Below are positions 1-13,387 of a stretch of 64,000 nt of DNA, piece by piece; positions within the stretch are counted from its first letter, which is position 1; every line of letters begins with the position of its first letter. The position numbers were made by a program, and so were the translations under genes. Under the pieces are notes generated by a model that saw only the letters and a program-made list of their open reading frames with translations, made no database searches and was not told where the DNA came from. This stretch comes from Macrostomum lignano (taxonomy: Eukaryota). Location of the stretch: NCBI GenBank assembly GCA_002269645.1, contig NIVC01000037.1:434001-498000 (forward strand), in the 5' to 3' direction.

Positions 1-10
1 TTTAATCGGG

Positions 11-323
11 TCAGGTGGAGTAGTAAGCCTCGATCTTCCTGGCCGTCAGGCTGAAGAATTGCTGCCCAGCGAACTCAAAGTCGCACGTGGACGACAGGCG
101 CTCGTCCAAATCCATGCTGATGTGCACCTCGCGGCCGAAATTGTCCCGCTCGGAGTCGATCTGGCTGGCCAGGTTGGCCCGGCCGGTGTAGATGTTCAGC
201 TTGGCCGGCTGGCCAGGCTGCGACATCCGACGGAGAATCTTCAACTCGAAGAACACCGTATCGTTGAACTGGGCCTGCATTGGGCGGTGATTGCGCGATT
301 GTTCAATGACCGAAAGTACCGGT
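11..323 (-). CDS. Probable last coding exon of an unidentified protein
   Basis: Open frame with GC3-rich codons (FNDTVFFELKILRR...KIEAYYST*), stop TGA at 13-11, candidate acceptor TACAG at 324; no family recognised. Confidence 0.4.
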
Positions 324-1049
324 CTGTATACAAATCAGTCACTTGATTGTTAAACAAAAGACACTTTTTGAATAGACCAAAATAGAGAGATGGAACCAAG
401 CTGGAGTCAATAACGAAGCAACAGAGTTGGCTTGGAAGGGTCAGGCCGTCGCGGCGCTACAGTGTCTCGTTGGTTATCCCGTCGCCGATCTTACGCCAAA
501 ATGTTACTCGGGTAAGTCTGTCAGTGTCCACGGTCTCCAAGTTTATAACTTTTAGCTATTGAGAATTTTTTGCGAGGGATTAGCTACTCTGTTAAATGCA
601 CTCGGCAACATTTTATAGTTTGCGCCTTGAAACAAGTAGCCAATTTTTCTCAGAGCTCAGCCCCAAGTGACGCAATTCACTCTCCATGCCCACGGTTCTC
701 GTCCTGTCTCTCGTGGGTGATGCAATTTGCGATATAAGGCCACAGCTTAGACTGATGAGGAGAAAGCGAAGAGTTACGGCTACGGCTAGAGAAGGACCAT
801 TTAGAACGTGATTTATAGCTATAGCGGAAGAATTTATTTTGACATTGAATTGAATGTTCAGTTTGCGCAGGCTCTGTGATACGAGCCTGCGCTTCAGGCA
901 CTGAGTTAGCCGATCGTCTGGCCAAGGCTGGCTCTATCGGGGTCTTTTACTATTATAAAATTTTAAACTACGATTAAGTATGATTTTAAGTAAGCTGTGG
1001 ATCCAGTGCGCGAAAATCGGCCATGGCTTATCGTGCGTGCTACGAGCTA

Positions 1050-1265
1050 GACTCATGAGTGTACGTGCCTGACGATTAGAAAGTCAGGGCTGCTGTACAC
1101 CCTGTGTGAGCGTGTGTATGAATGCTGTGCCTGCGTACAGAGTCTGCGCGCATGTACGTGTAAGTGCTCAGAAAGTTAGCGGAATGAGCAGAATTGCTGT
1201 CAGCACTGGTTGTGGGACGACGTAGCTGAAGGCGTTGCGTCAGGGTGCCCAAAACCCTCTTGTAA
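1050..1265 (+). mobile_element. SINE family A copy (body and tail)
   Basis: Matches the 23620-23985 copy (gtgtacgtgcctgacga...gtgtgagcgtgtg...gcggaatgagcag...cagggtgcccaaaaccc). Confidence 0.6.
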
Positions 1266-1487
1266 TTGTTTTTGTCATGCACGTCGAAGAAGTGTAAAGT
1301 GGTGGAAGTCCCATTGAAGCTATTAAGCAGAACGGCCACCTGCTACAGCATAGAAAATTCAAGAGTAGCTAATTAGCTCTAAAGGCGAAGAATGTGAGAA
1401 GACTAGGCGCACTAAGCCTTAAAGCTCAATTGGAAGGAGCTGAATTATGTAATAATTGCGAACAAACCAATCGAAAAATAGTTTCAC

Positions 1488-1741
1488 CTGCATCTTGGCC
1501 ACACTCTTGAGGAACTCGCTGATCTTCGGTTCGCAAGTAAATTTGACGGACACGGCGCGCCGATTGTCTAGCCGTTGGATTTGAGTAATGTTGCCGGGTA
1601 TGGGGCCGTAGATGGACAGGCTCGGGTACAGCAGGAGCAGCTCGCGCTGGTAGCCGTGCTTGCACGACGGCGATTCGTCCGATGAATTCTGCGGCGACGA
1701 GTTTCTCGGCATTATCGATCGGTTGAAGCTCCTGCTTGATG
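1488..1741 (-). CDS. Probable internal exon of the same unidentified gene
   Basis: Acceptor AAAATTTAG at 1742, donor CAG|GTGAAA at 1487, GC3-rich codons (KHGYQRELLLLYPSLSIYGP...VAKMQ); phase-0 match to a next acceptor TGTAGCAG|GTG at 1339. Confidence 0.45.
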
Positions 1742-4469
1742 CTAAATTTTAGAAAACCAAAACAACTGCGGCGTGACTATTGAGCAATTCTTAAATGTCC
1801 TTGAACTCAGGGTAGGCATTGTAGCAATAAAATGTTGAACCCCATAGACATTGATTAAGTTCTAGCTTAAATTTATCGATTATATGCTAGTTGTGTGGTT
1901 TGTCGCTATAAATAAAAGCAAGCAACTTTTTCATAAACACTCAACAAGACAATGACCCATCGCTTGACTCATTCCCTATGCCCACCCCATTCCCTTGCCA
2001 ACCCACCCCAACATCCAGGCTATGGTTCGAATCACCTCAAGAAAAACGCACCCAGTAAAGCCCCACTTCTGTAAAGTCTTTTTCTCCCGATCACATGGTA
2101 ATCTCCATTTGATCCCTTCCAAAGCTGCGCACACCCACCCAATTTTACAAACCAATCACAGCACAGCTAAGCGACACAGGTCAAGGTCAATTTAAGGCCT
2201 TTTATTCACGCGCGCAATTCGTGATTCGGGTTCTATATAAACAGGCAGGGTTGGCGCTCGCTTCGACCTTTCCTGCCAGAACCATATAACCGATGTCTCC
2301 CCACCTCCACCCCCATTAGGATTTGTGATGTCTCCTATTCACTTGTTTTGGACAAAATATCACCGTGATCTCCCTCTAGAGAATCTGATAATCCCTCTCC
2401 CATCCGATTTCACTGAGAAATCCCCCGAATATCAAACCCCAAACAAAGAAATTGAAGCCTAGCACGATCATAATAAAACGTCAACAGGATCATCGAAGCC
2501 TGTGACAGCGCCCAGCTAGCACAGTGACCCACCTGTCTACCATGCAAAATAAAAGTATTTCGCTGTTATATTATTTTTTGGGCGTTTTACTCAAGTTTTT
2601 GCTCATTTTAAAGTCCAAGCGCACTTTTAATTGTCATAATTTCTAAGTTGCCGGTTTTTTTATATCTCGTTAATAAATGACCAGCCGTTTCTCGTTGTTA
2701 GTCATGCCCGGCTATCCGATCGGCGAGAGTAGAGTGCAGCTCGCACTGCATATTTAGAAGTGAAACTGGTGTTTGATTATTGTAACAACTATTTGAAGCA
2801 TTGCCATTATTACTATTACTATTAATACAACAGGTTGAAGCAATAGTACAGATACTTAAGGCCTAGTCCGAGCATCACGAAGGTCCGGGGATCTATAATT
2901 ATAATCGGAGACATATGCACGCGTGCCCATTTGAGAAGGATAACTTTGTTATCAGCGTCATGTAGCAGCAACAGAGAACCAGCTGGTAGATCATTCAGGA
3001 AGGCCATGCAATTCTGCTAGCCCTAGACGGAAGAATGGCCCCAATGCAAAACATTATTTTAATTTTGTTACCTCGCATATAGTGTCCCAATTATAGAGAC
3101 CGGCCATAGCCAGACTAGAAGTGCCCTTAAAGCCAGGCTAGGATGCCTATCTCATTAGTAGCTTTTTGTCTGGGTGGTACTTTTGCGCAAGTAACTGCAG
3201 TGGTTGGCTGTGCCTTTGGCGTGTAGCCTTCAAACACGTACCCTAGATCCAATATACTACTAAAAATGAGTTGTCTGTATGTATATGGGTATGCGATTGA
3301 TTAAAGAAAAATTGGGTCGATCACTATAGTTTTAAACAGGAATATGAAAACTTGAAGGCCATACCGTCAAAGCATCAACTTAGGTGAATTTCCTAGGGAG
3401 CGAGGCTTGGTGGCCGTACATATCGGCGCCAGCTGAGAGAGAGCACACGGGAGTTTCAACAGAAAAAATCTGGATGTCGACAGACTTTCCCTACCCGGAG
3501 TATTGATTTAATTCTTTCTCAATCTGGTGAGATCTGCCACGACTGCCACCTTAATGAATCACTTCATGTACATTTTAAAACGTACATGCACTCGGTGGCA
3601 GATTTTAGCAGATCTCACCAAAAAGTGAGCGGGTGAAAATTCTTTTGTTTATCTTTAAGTCTGCTAGTGTAATTTTTTGCAAAAAATATGGAGAATTAAT
3701 TTCTAAATAACAGGAGCATCAGTGTCGCAGGATATCGTGAAAATTTTGACATTTAATTTTTATGCTGCCTCGAAAGATTTTTCAAAATTCAAAAAGAAAA
3801 ACCGACGAGCTCGTAATATTATAATTCCATTTCCGATATCACGGACGAATTTGGTTACTGTTAATTTCTAAGAAATTATTCAGCTTTTTAAAAAGTGAAA
3901 TGAATTTTTTTATTGCGTGCTTAATTATCTTGTCGAAGCAAAACAGCCACCAATAAATGTCATTTCTGAAGTGATAGACGCTTGGATACGGCAAGAATTA
4001 ATAAAATAAATTGTTTTGTAAATGCTTCTGAAGTTGAGTTTGGAATTTAGCTTATGAACTTTGTGAAGATAATAAGATTGAAAAAAGAGAAAACACAAAC
4101 ACGCGGACATATTCATTTTTCACTTTCCTGATCAGTGTAGTTTATCTAAATTAGTGTATCTTTTTTGTTTTTTGCAAATTTTAATTCAAAATGCCGCAGC
4201 TAACTTCTAAAGGCTCTGCCAATGGAAACATTTTGCAAAATTTATGTAGCCAAATTGCCATTGGCATTGGCATAGGACTTCAACTTCATAGGGCCTATTA
4301 TGCAATTAATGACAAAATAGTTTGCTGGACTTATTTAAGACTTACTATGCATACAGGTGTCTCAAGGGTTGAAGCATAACATAGTAAATTTTTGTTTAGA
4401 TTATTCTGTATAAAAATCCTTAGGTCATATCTGTAGGATATGTTAATTGAAAGCTTAGGTTAGGACTAG

Positions 4470-4900
4470 GCGGTTCCTAGTCATTTCGTCATCTGCCATT
4501 TCGTCATCTGGGTGTCTGGGGTGCTCACCTCGACTATGGTCACTTCGTCATCTTTATTAACATGCACTACCTGAAGAGAGTCATTTCGTCATCCACCAAT
4601 CATATTAGTGAATTATTGTGGCAATTAAATATATTTACTTGGAATCCTAATGATCCTAGTCATTTTGTCATCTCAATTGATAAAATCTGTCAATCGATCG
4701 GTTCTGCTTGCCGCAGCTTTTAGTTATTAAACAAAAAATAGTGTTAGTTTATACTAACTCGAATCACGCACAGATTGATTGGTTGATGACGAAGTATCCA
4801 GTATAACTAAATATTTGGTCACTTCGTCATATTATTTTTCAAGCTACTTTGCTTCTGGTCACTTCGTCATCCGATATGACGAAATGGAATATGACGATAG
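4470..4900. repeat. Cluster of GTCA(T/C)TTCGTCATC motifs in both orientations, probable DNA transposon end or MITE
   Basis: About 7 forward copies plus inverted GATGACGAA/ATGACGAAAT copies at about 4785 and 4878; GATGACGAA recurs at about 8861. Confidence 0.4.
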
Positions 4901-7900
4901 CAATTAAATTATAATGTAAAATGTTATCATTGTCATTGTCAAAACAAAATCCAGACCATATTATTGCCTTATATATTAAATAAGCCTTTATAATTCAAAT
5001 TTAAAGCAATTCATTCGGCTTTAAGATATTTTCTTGACTAAATGCTTTGTGCTTTAACTTTAAGTAATGCTTATAATAATTATCAATATCCATAAAATAT
5101 TTTGTTCTAGCTAGGTTATTTTTGCAATTAATTTATCAAACCAATTATTTGTTTTATTGAATATATAATTATTATTTCTTTATGTAATAAATTGCTTCTT
5201 TAATATTTTTTATTGATTTTTATAAGTTTTATCACCTGACTGAGAATAATAGCCCTTTAATTAAATGCATCAAATGGCACATAAAAAATGAATTAAAGTG
5301 AATAACAAAGTGACTGTCAAAATGAGACAAAAATAAGCATTATCAACAATTAATAGTTATAGCTTGGCACAAATATAACTATGCTATGCTACTTGGCTCA
5401 AATGACAATTAATTTTTTTTAATTGTGCACTCCTGTGCTATAACTATGCATCAACTGTGCCAGTGCTTATAATTATATACAACTATGCCATAAATGTACC
5501 ATTTGGCCTTTGACAAGTAAATATGCAGTTTGAAGCAGTTATACTAATTGCATAAATTTGCCTTTGGTGCAAATGCAATTGATAAGTAAATGTGCAGTTT
5601 GAAGCAGTTAAACTATGTATATAAATGTTCTATCTAGCATAGATGGCAGATGTAGATGCACTTGACAAATAAATATGATTTTTGAAGCAAATAAAAACTA
5701 GGCACATAAATATGCCATTTGGAGTAAATATACTTTGTGAAAAGTAGATGTGGATAAAATATAGAGTTGCAACTTTTGATTCAACTTTAAAATAATATTA
5801 AGCATAAACATAAACAGATTAAAATAGTTTGGAAAAACTAGTGCTGCATTAACATAAATAACAAACAATATAAAAATAATTTAAAAACAGGAAAAGGATA
5901 AGGCTATGGAATATAGTCAGACACCAAGCTATATTCCTGGTGCTATTCAATTTTACAAGCCTAGAACTAAGTATAATAATGTAGTTAGTTGCTTTATATG
6001 GGAAGGAACATATTTCCAAAGGAAAACCAATTTAGAAACATGGGGAAACAGGCCAATCTATATTGTCCCATATAGGTCAAACAAATTTTGTTATGCTAGA
6101 AGCAATTATAGATATTACTCAGTCCTAACAAGGTGCATCAGACATTGGCAGTCACACCTTGACAACATTTCTTTATAGGCAAACACTTCTTTTTCATGTT
6201 GTGCAGGGCGATCTATATTTTTACAATTTGATGCTTTTAAATTCGTGCCAAAATACTAAGCAAATGATTTGCTATAATGTACGTGTTTTCCAAAATATTT
6301 TCGCAAATTAATTTTTGTTAAAAACTATGGAATAATTTAGTATAAATAGACGCGATCTGGGCCGAGAGAGAGCAACTTGCCTTCGTGCAGTTCCTATGAA
6401 AGGAGTAAGCATATAAAGAAAGGAGTGTTACAAATAAATATAAGAGAAGCCGTTTTCCGAGTCATTCATTTGCAGACATAAGAGCAAAATAGACTGAAGC
6501 GTATACAGTATATACTATTGAGAAGCAGCAGCATTGAGTAGTAAGAGAATACAAAGTAGTTCTTAAGTAATAAGTGTAAGAATAACCGGAGGCTGTGACC
6601 CTCTGATCTCGGTAATGCCCAAGGACTTGCAAAGTACATGAAATACATATACCAGTATAGCCAATAGACCACTCAGGCCAGAATAATAATAAATGCTACT
6701 AGAACAATAGTAAATGCTACCAGAATAACAGGAGAATGATAACAATTGTAAGGGCTAAAGAATATTCTAAGAATGATATACTCAGAATAAATACTCAGCC
6801 TAAATACTAAGATATATACTCAGATCAATTCTAAGAAACATTTCTCGGATTATTCTAAGATTGATAAACTCATAATTTATTAATAGGATAATCCTGGTGG
6901 CAGCTACCAACTTAAAAGATTAGTTTAGCCCTTTGACAACTTTGGTGGCAGCTAGTAAGGCTAAACAAGAAAACAAATAAGAGCCCTGGGACAGCTTTTG
7001 GTAACAACAGTGGGATATTATTAAGAAGGAAGAAACACCCCTGTTACAATGTCAACTGACAGTGATAAAACACTGAATATAAGCCTTTTCAACCACTTTC
7101 ATATTGGTGGCAATGTCAATTCTAGCCAGGTAGTTGACAATGGCCTATAAATGCTAGTGCAGCTGCGCAACAATGTTACCAAGAGCTTGTTGTCACTGAA
7201 ACAACCTTGCACTATCTTGTGAAGAAGTGCACTGAGGTTGGCTAGAGTCATTGCATCTTTATACATCTTTATTTGGGCAATGACCCTGTTATAAGCACTA
7301 ATAATCCCTACTTTATGCCATAGACATTCAATAACCAGTACTGTCATTATAGAGTATGGGTGTTTAGGAAGCCCACAGAATCTGCTTGAAAGAAAACTTT
7401 TTTCTTTGCCTGATAAGACACTAGAGCATTGATTAAGAGTTAGAATTTGGCCCAATCAATGAGTTTTTTGGGTTAAAACTACAAGAAAAAGCTGGCATCA
7501 TTAATGTATAAGCCTCATTTTCAGGACCATTAAAATATTTCTTAGCATTCTGTGACAGTATTAATTAATAGATGACCACTTTCCCAACACTGATAAAGAG
7601 CCTAATAAATGAATTTTCTTAGCATAGGAGTTTAAATAGTCTACATTGGGGTGTAGTATGTCATCTTAATGGCTAACACTGCTAGCACAATGTGACTGCT
7701 CAAAATACCTTTGTGATAACTAGTATCAATGAAGCCAGGTATGCAGTTGCGGAGGCTGCCACCACGAATTGACTTACTTGACTTAGCTGCAAGGCTGTCC
7801 TAGAGGGGAAGGTGCAAATACCCATTTTGCTATTTATACTGCCACTATGCTTTTGAATTGAATAGTCTGCTCAAGCATTAGTCAGAAATTTTCAATGTCT

Positions 7901-9770
7901 CAAGCATGTCAGCCTGCTCAAATGGCAGTTTTGTTGGCTGTTCCTGATTAGCCAGGTACCAAAGTTAACCAAACAGCATGAATTTATTTGCAGTGGATTG
8001 CACTACCAAATCAAAGCCTATTAATCCTTTATCCTCATAATGTACAATTTCTAATGGAGCAAATGTATTCTAGTATTCATATTTATGAATGAACATCAAA
8101 AGTAAAGTCAAAATTCAAACAAATCTACTCAAGCTTTTTTCTACAATAGACAATTGTTTATAATATTTATCTTACTAAGCTTTTATTTTAGTAAGTTGAT
8201 CACTATTTGTGGGTAATATTAAATGACATTAATAATTATATGTCAAGGTCTTTTTAATATCCCTAAAGTATCATTCTACTGATTTTTTAGAGATATATTA
8301 GAGTTTTCATTTATATACTTGTACCATTTAGAAGTAGATTTTACAAGTTTTTATTTCCTAACTAGATACTTCAATTTAAAGTACAAAGTGGAAGTATAAA
8401 TAGCCTATTTAGTAGTAATATAAGCAAATATAAGGTATACAAAAGTTTAGACATCAAATTTAATTTTGATGTCTAAATTTAATTTGGACTCCAAATAACA
8501 AATTGGCACCTACCTTTTTTCAAAGGTGATGCAATATTTATATTTCATATTTTCTATAATTCATATTTCATTTGAAGTATAATTTTTTAAAATATAGATT
8601 CCTAAGATTCCAAGATCTTAGATGTCTATCAATTTTCAAAATTTGAATAATCTGTAAACACAGAGTCTATAAATTTCTGCAACTTCTGTGGGTCAGAGAG
8701 GCCTCATAGTGTAAAGGGCAGATATTTTGGTTCAATTTTGAATTTTTCAGCTAATTCTAGCTAGTATCCTGGCTTTCATTTTGGTAATTCAAGTTTAGAC
8801 CTAGGATGTCAAATGGCACTACAGTTTTGATGCTTAAAAACGCCACAGTCAGGGTCACGTGATGACGAATATGCATACAGGTTTGAAGGGAACAGTTAGG
8901 CTACAACATATAGGAAGGGAGAGAAAGGAGAGTGTGATACATAATGATATCAGTGAGTTAGTCAGTCAGTCATCACCACAGCAGTTGAATAGATGTGATA
9001 AATGTGATTTATTTAACTTTTATAAAACTATTGAATAGATCTAGCAATATTCTCTTCACACTCACTTCTTGCTACTTGTGTTTTGTGAGTAGACAGTCTC
9101 GTAAAATACAGGATATTTTACTGCTTTATTGTACTATATACGGGTCGACCCTTCTTGATCCCCTTCCCCTGACATATTGGCGTCAGCCAGAGTGTTGTCG
9201 CAGCAGTTAACTTCTCACCCTGAGCCGGCCTTGGGTTATGTCCATTTCTTTCTGCTGCACTCTTCTACAGTCCGCCCTGGTTCAGAGAAATCTTATTAAA
9301 TCAAGTCTTATCTATGTTTGCTCGCGCGCAAATATTTTTATGAGAATAGTCTTTCTACGCAATGAACCCTGTGCGTGCTAGCTAAGCGCCAACTGTTTCA
9401 GCTGAAGTGGTTATTGTATAGGAAAAGTTTATTGAACAATGTGTATTTTGTTTTGAAGTAAAAAAATATTGCCTGCAACTGTGCGCGCCAATGCCAAGTT
9501 TGCTTCTGTATATAGGATAGACATTTGTTATTCAGTGAGGAATTTCCTAAAGCCAAGTGCGTAAGTCCGCCTAGTCAACACTTGCCCTATTATCAGCGGC
9601 TACTGTTCTGCCCTGCGACTAGCGATAGCTGAAGGATTGACCTTGAAGCTACACTGAATATATTGGCAAAGCAGGAGAGGAGAAGGCAAAAGAAAGAGAG
9701 CAAAAGCGAGGACTTAGCACAGCAGCTTATAATTATCTAATTGCAGCCAGCCAGCTAGCTTTGAAAGGCG

Positions 9771-9862
9771 ATGGCAGACACAGAGCAGCATCCGCGTCGT
9801 AACGGTGGCGAGTCATTGTCAGTGACGTCAGCTGACTTGTTCAAACGGCAGACAAGTCAGAG
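9771..9862 (+). CDS. NT5C2: Cytosolic purine 5'-nucleotidase, coding exon 1
   Basis: ATG at 9771, donor AG|GTGAGA at 9863; phase 2 joins exon 2 to give R-IFVNRS, as in NT5C2 R-VFVNRS. Confidence 0.8.
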
Positions 9863-9963
9863 GTGAGACATTTTTCCACTAAATCTTCAGAACTATTGTT
9901 TGATTGCGGTTGCAAACTCTTGATAAAATCTGCTTTATCAGACTTTTTGGGCCAAGTTGGTTG

Positions 9964-10391
9964 CCCGTTGAAAAAGATACCGTGACAAGAATTGCTGAAA
10001 AGTCATTGCAAACAACTCACTAGCGACACTGGGGCGACTCTCGTGACTTTTTAACGACTCAAAACGACTATAATACGACGGAGAGGCGACTGTTGCGTCA
10101 CAAGCGTGTCACGTGAGTTGTAGAATCGTAAACGAGTCACAAGAGTCGTCCAAGAATCGTTGTGTTAGCGTTTAACTTTCTGCTAACTCAGTGGGCTAGT
10201 TAGAGCACTTAGACACAATTCAGAGACTCTATAGTGACTCTATAGAAGACCCAGAAACGCTTCAAAGTGATTCTTAAGCGACTCTTTGACGATTTTTTGG
10301 CTACTTGTGTCGTGTATCGTTTTAGAGTCGTCTTGAATCACTTTATTATTACTCTGATACGCTTCTTGGCCTGCGTACCGTTTTCATCGGG
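9964..10391. mobile_element. MITE with CCC-terminal TIRs (CACTA/CMC-like)
   Basis: TIRs cccgttgaaaaagatac / gtaccgttttcatcggg; 3-bp TSD TTG on both sides; homologous to 11623-12162. Confidence 0.75.
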
Positions 10392-10611
10392 TTGAATTCA
10401 AAATATGGAAAGTTCCTTTCAAATTCTAGGGAGTTCGACGGTTGACTTTTAAAAATTGGCCAGATCGGGGGTGGGGTTGCGCGATTCACAGTCATGAGGG
10501 TGCAGCGTGTGTATGAGTGCGTGCCTGTGTCATACAGTATTGGCGCGCCTGTATGTTCTTCGCCCTAATAATGAATGACCAATAAGTTTAATGTCTCCTC
10601 CCTCATGCCAG

Positions 10612-11462
10612 AATATTCGTGAATCGCAGCGTTCAAATGGAGAAGATCAAGTTCTACGGGTTCGACATGGACTACACTCTGGCCCAGTACGTGTCGCCGC
10701 TGTACGAGACCATGTCCTTCAAACTGATGCTGGAGCGGCTAGTGGAGACCGGGTATCCGCCCGACATTCTGCAGTTTAAATACGATCACACAGTGCCCAT
10801 CCGAGGCCTGTGGTTTGACAAGGAGAAGGGCCTGTTATTGAAGGTGGACACGTTTGGCAACATTTTGAGCTGCCTGTTTGGCTTAAGCTTCGTCACGGCT
10901 GCCGAATTGCGCAATCACTACGAGAACAAATTTGTGTTGCTAAGCAACCGTTTCTACGTTTACGACACATTGTTTAACTTGCCGGAGATCTACTGCCTGG
11001 CCTCGGTGATTGAGTTCTTCAAGTCTGTATCCAACTGCACGGTCAGCCGCAGCGGATTCAATTATAACGAAGTGTTCATCTCATTTCGCACCCTGTTTAC
11101 CGATGTCAGAGAGGCTACTAATTATATTCACGACAAGGGCGAGTTGAAGAAGCTCACAGTTGAGCAGGTTGATCGCTACGTGCACAAAGACCCGGACCTG
11201 GCCGACCTGCTGCGCCAGCTGTCCGCAGGCGGCGCTAAGCTGTTTCTGCTCACCAACTCCGGCTACTGGTACACCGAGCACATCATGACCTACCTGCTAG
11301 GCGACTCGTGGCGCGACTACTTCGACTACGCTGTTGTTGACGCCTGCAAGCCGAGATTCTTCGCTGATGGCAGCCTCATGCGGGTTGTCGATCCGGCCAG
11401 CGGCAAACTCAAACTGGGGACTCACACCGGGCCGCTGCAGAAGGGCACCGTGTACTCTGGCG
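10612..11462 (+). CDS. NT5C2: Cytosolic purine 5'-nucleotidase, exon 2
   Basis: HAD motif I GFDMDYTLA, LLLKVDTFGNI, LFLLTNS, ACKPRFF; acceptor CCAG at 10611, donor G|GTGAGT at 11463. Confidence 0.95.
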
Positions 11463-11622
11463 GTGAGTTCTGCTAGGGAAGGCATGATATTGCCTATTGG
11501 TTAGCAGTTAGTTCACAAAGACACCGATAGGTTAAAGCATTTGTACCGAGTTCGCTGACCCCTTAGCAGGCACACACTCACACGGGGTGTACGGTACAGC
11601 GGACCTGTCTTTCGCGCCGTCA

Positions 11623-12162
11623 CCCGTTGAAAACATTACCGTAACAAGAATCACTAAATAATCAGCGAATCTAGGGCAATTCTTGTGACTTTTTTTAACG
11701 CGACGAAGAGACGAATGTCGAGTCACGAGCGCAGCACGTGAGTTGCAGAATCGTGAAAAAGTCGTCCTAAACTCGTTGTGTTGGCGCCTAACTTCCTACT
11801 AACTCAAGCAGTCTAAATATAGTTGTTAGAGATGCGAAATGCGATTCTAATTCATGAAGTGATGCAGATGCGCTTTGAATGCAACTCCATGAGTCTACAG
11901 CGACTCTGGCACGCCTCAGACACGACTCTACGATTCGTTATGGAAACGCCCCACTGTCACTTGCGTTGCCCCTATCAGAGTCGCAGACAATAAAAACGCC
12001 TCAAATTGACTCTTAGGAGATTCTTTGACGACTTTTTGGCGAATTGTGCCGTGATATTTTGTCGTTTTAGAGTCGTCTAGAGTCTTATATTTCCTGTTTT
12101 ACCTGTTGTCACCTGCAACAACTCTGAAACACTTCTTGGTCTAGGATACTGTTTCAATCGGG
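11623..12162. mobile_element. MITE, same family, nested in a SINE A copy
   Basis: TIRs cccgttgaaaac / gtttcaatcggg; 3-bp TSD TCA on both sides; flanks rejoin to the SINE motif cgtcaggcatgtacac. Confidence 0.75.
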
Positions 12163-12371
12163 TCAGGCATGTACACTAGCTCAAGCCTCTTGGCCACTTT
12201 TTTGTCAACGAGACGCGATGTCGAATCCACGGGGAATCTGGCACGAGAGTCGAGACGTGTTTACCGCTAAGCACTCTGCCTCCCCCAGCGGGAATTTCTT
12301 CCTCTAACTAAGCATAGACTCCGATAGATTCTCGTTCGTGATCAACGACTCCATGGGCTCACTGTTTAAGG

Positions 12372-12517
12372 CAGGGGTTCGGCAAATTGAGAGATAAAAG
12401 GAGAGGAGGGCTGAGAAGAGACACAAACCTTGAGCAGGCCAGATTGCTATTGTGAAGTTTCAAAGGACCCGAGGGCCGGATAGAGAGGCTTGGCGGGTCT
12501 GAGTTTGCGGACCCCTG
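12372..12517. mobile_element. hAT-type MITE
   Basis: TIRs caggggttcggcaaa / tttgcggacccctg; perfect 8-bp TSD GTTTAAGG at 12364-12371 and 12518-12525. Confidence 0.85.
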
Positions 12518-13264
12518 GTTTAAGGACACGGGCTAAAATTTCAGGAGGCAACTGCAGAGATGGCAATTGGCAGCTGAATTTTGATCTTCAGGTGCCAGCT
12601 AGTAAAATGATTTCTCAGGAATAAAAAACCCCAGCATCTTTTGTTGCGAACCTTTACTATTCAAAGAGGGGCGTCACGACCACAGATACTAAAATAACTA
12701 GATGGGCCACTCAGGCATATATACATGTACTTAATAAAACAGCTTTTTACTTCAGTTAAGTAGCAAAGAAGAATACGTAAGCTATTTAATAAGAATAAAG
12801 GCAGCTGAAACGACTTTGATAAGTTTAGAAGCCCAAGCTTGCAGACGTAAACAGCTTGCTAATTGGTTCAGCCATAATGTACATTAGCCAGTCCACTGGA
12901 ATGTACATGGCAGCTTTATGGTGGAAGTCCGAGAGAAAGGCAATAAAAATTTGGGCGGGGCCGGGGGTAGTGTGGAAAGGCTCGGTTGGAGGGTTTAAGC
13001 TGGGGCCGGGTAAAAGCCAATAAATGAGCCTTGGCTTTAAAAATACATTAAAATGCTTTTGTTTAACTTACTACTGAACTGAAAGTAGCTTACACGCAAA
13101 TGTGCTGAGTGGCCCATCTAGTAATTCTAGTATCTGTGGTCACGACCCCTGTGGTTCGATTCCGTGCGCAAACGCATTCATTTGGGGCTTTTGTGCGCGA
13201 AAATTGGCCAGTAAAGGTTGTCTTGCGGTTTACAGGCATGAGGGCCAACCGACAAGTCACAAAG

Positions 13265-13355
13265 GATGTACATGCTACGGCAGCTGTACATCCTGTGCGA
13301 GCGTGTGTATGAGTGCGTATTGGCGCGCTTGTATTGTGCTCAGCAGTCAGCGGAA
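13265..13355 (+). mobile_element. SINE family A fragment just upstream of NT5C2 exon 3
   Basis: gctgtacatcctgtgcgagcgtgtgtatgagtgcg...gcgcgcttgtat...gcggaat matches the family; another fragment lies at about 10495-10560. Confidence 0.55.
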
Positions 13356-13387
13356 TTACCTTGGTGTTTTTTACACCCTCTGTGCAG

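Noticed and set aside
7099-7455. 118-aa minus-strand ORF in the CpG-poor block
   Set aside because: No recognisable domain or splice signals; likely chance within a decayed element
13102-13387. Cys-rich N-terminal extension of ORF 13102-13995
   Set aside because: Intronic, partly SINE-derived; NT5C2 homology starts at the 13388 acceptor
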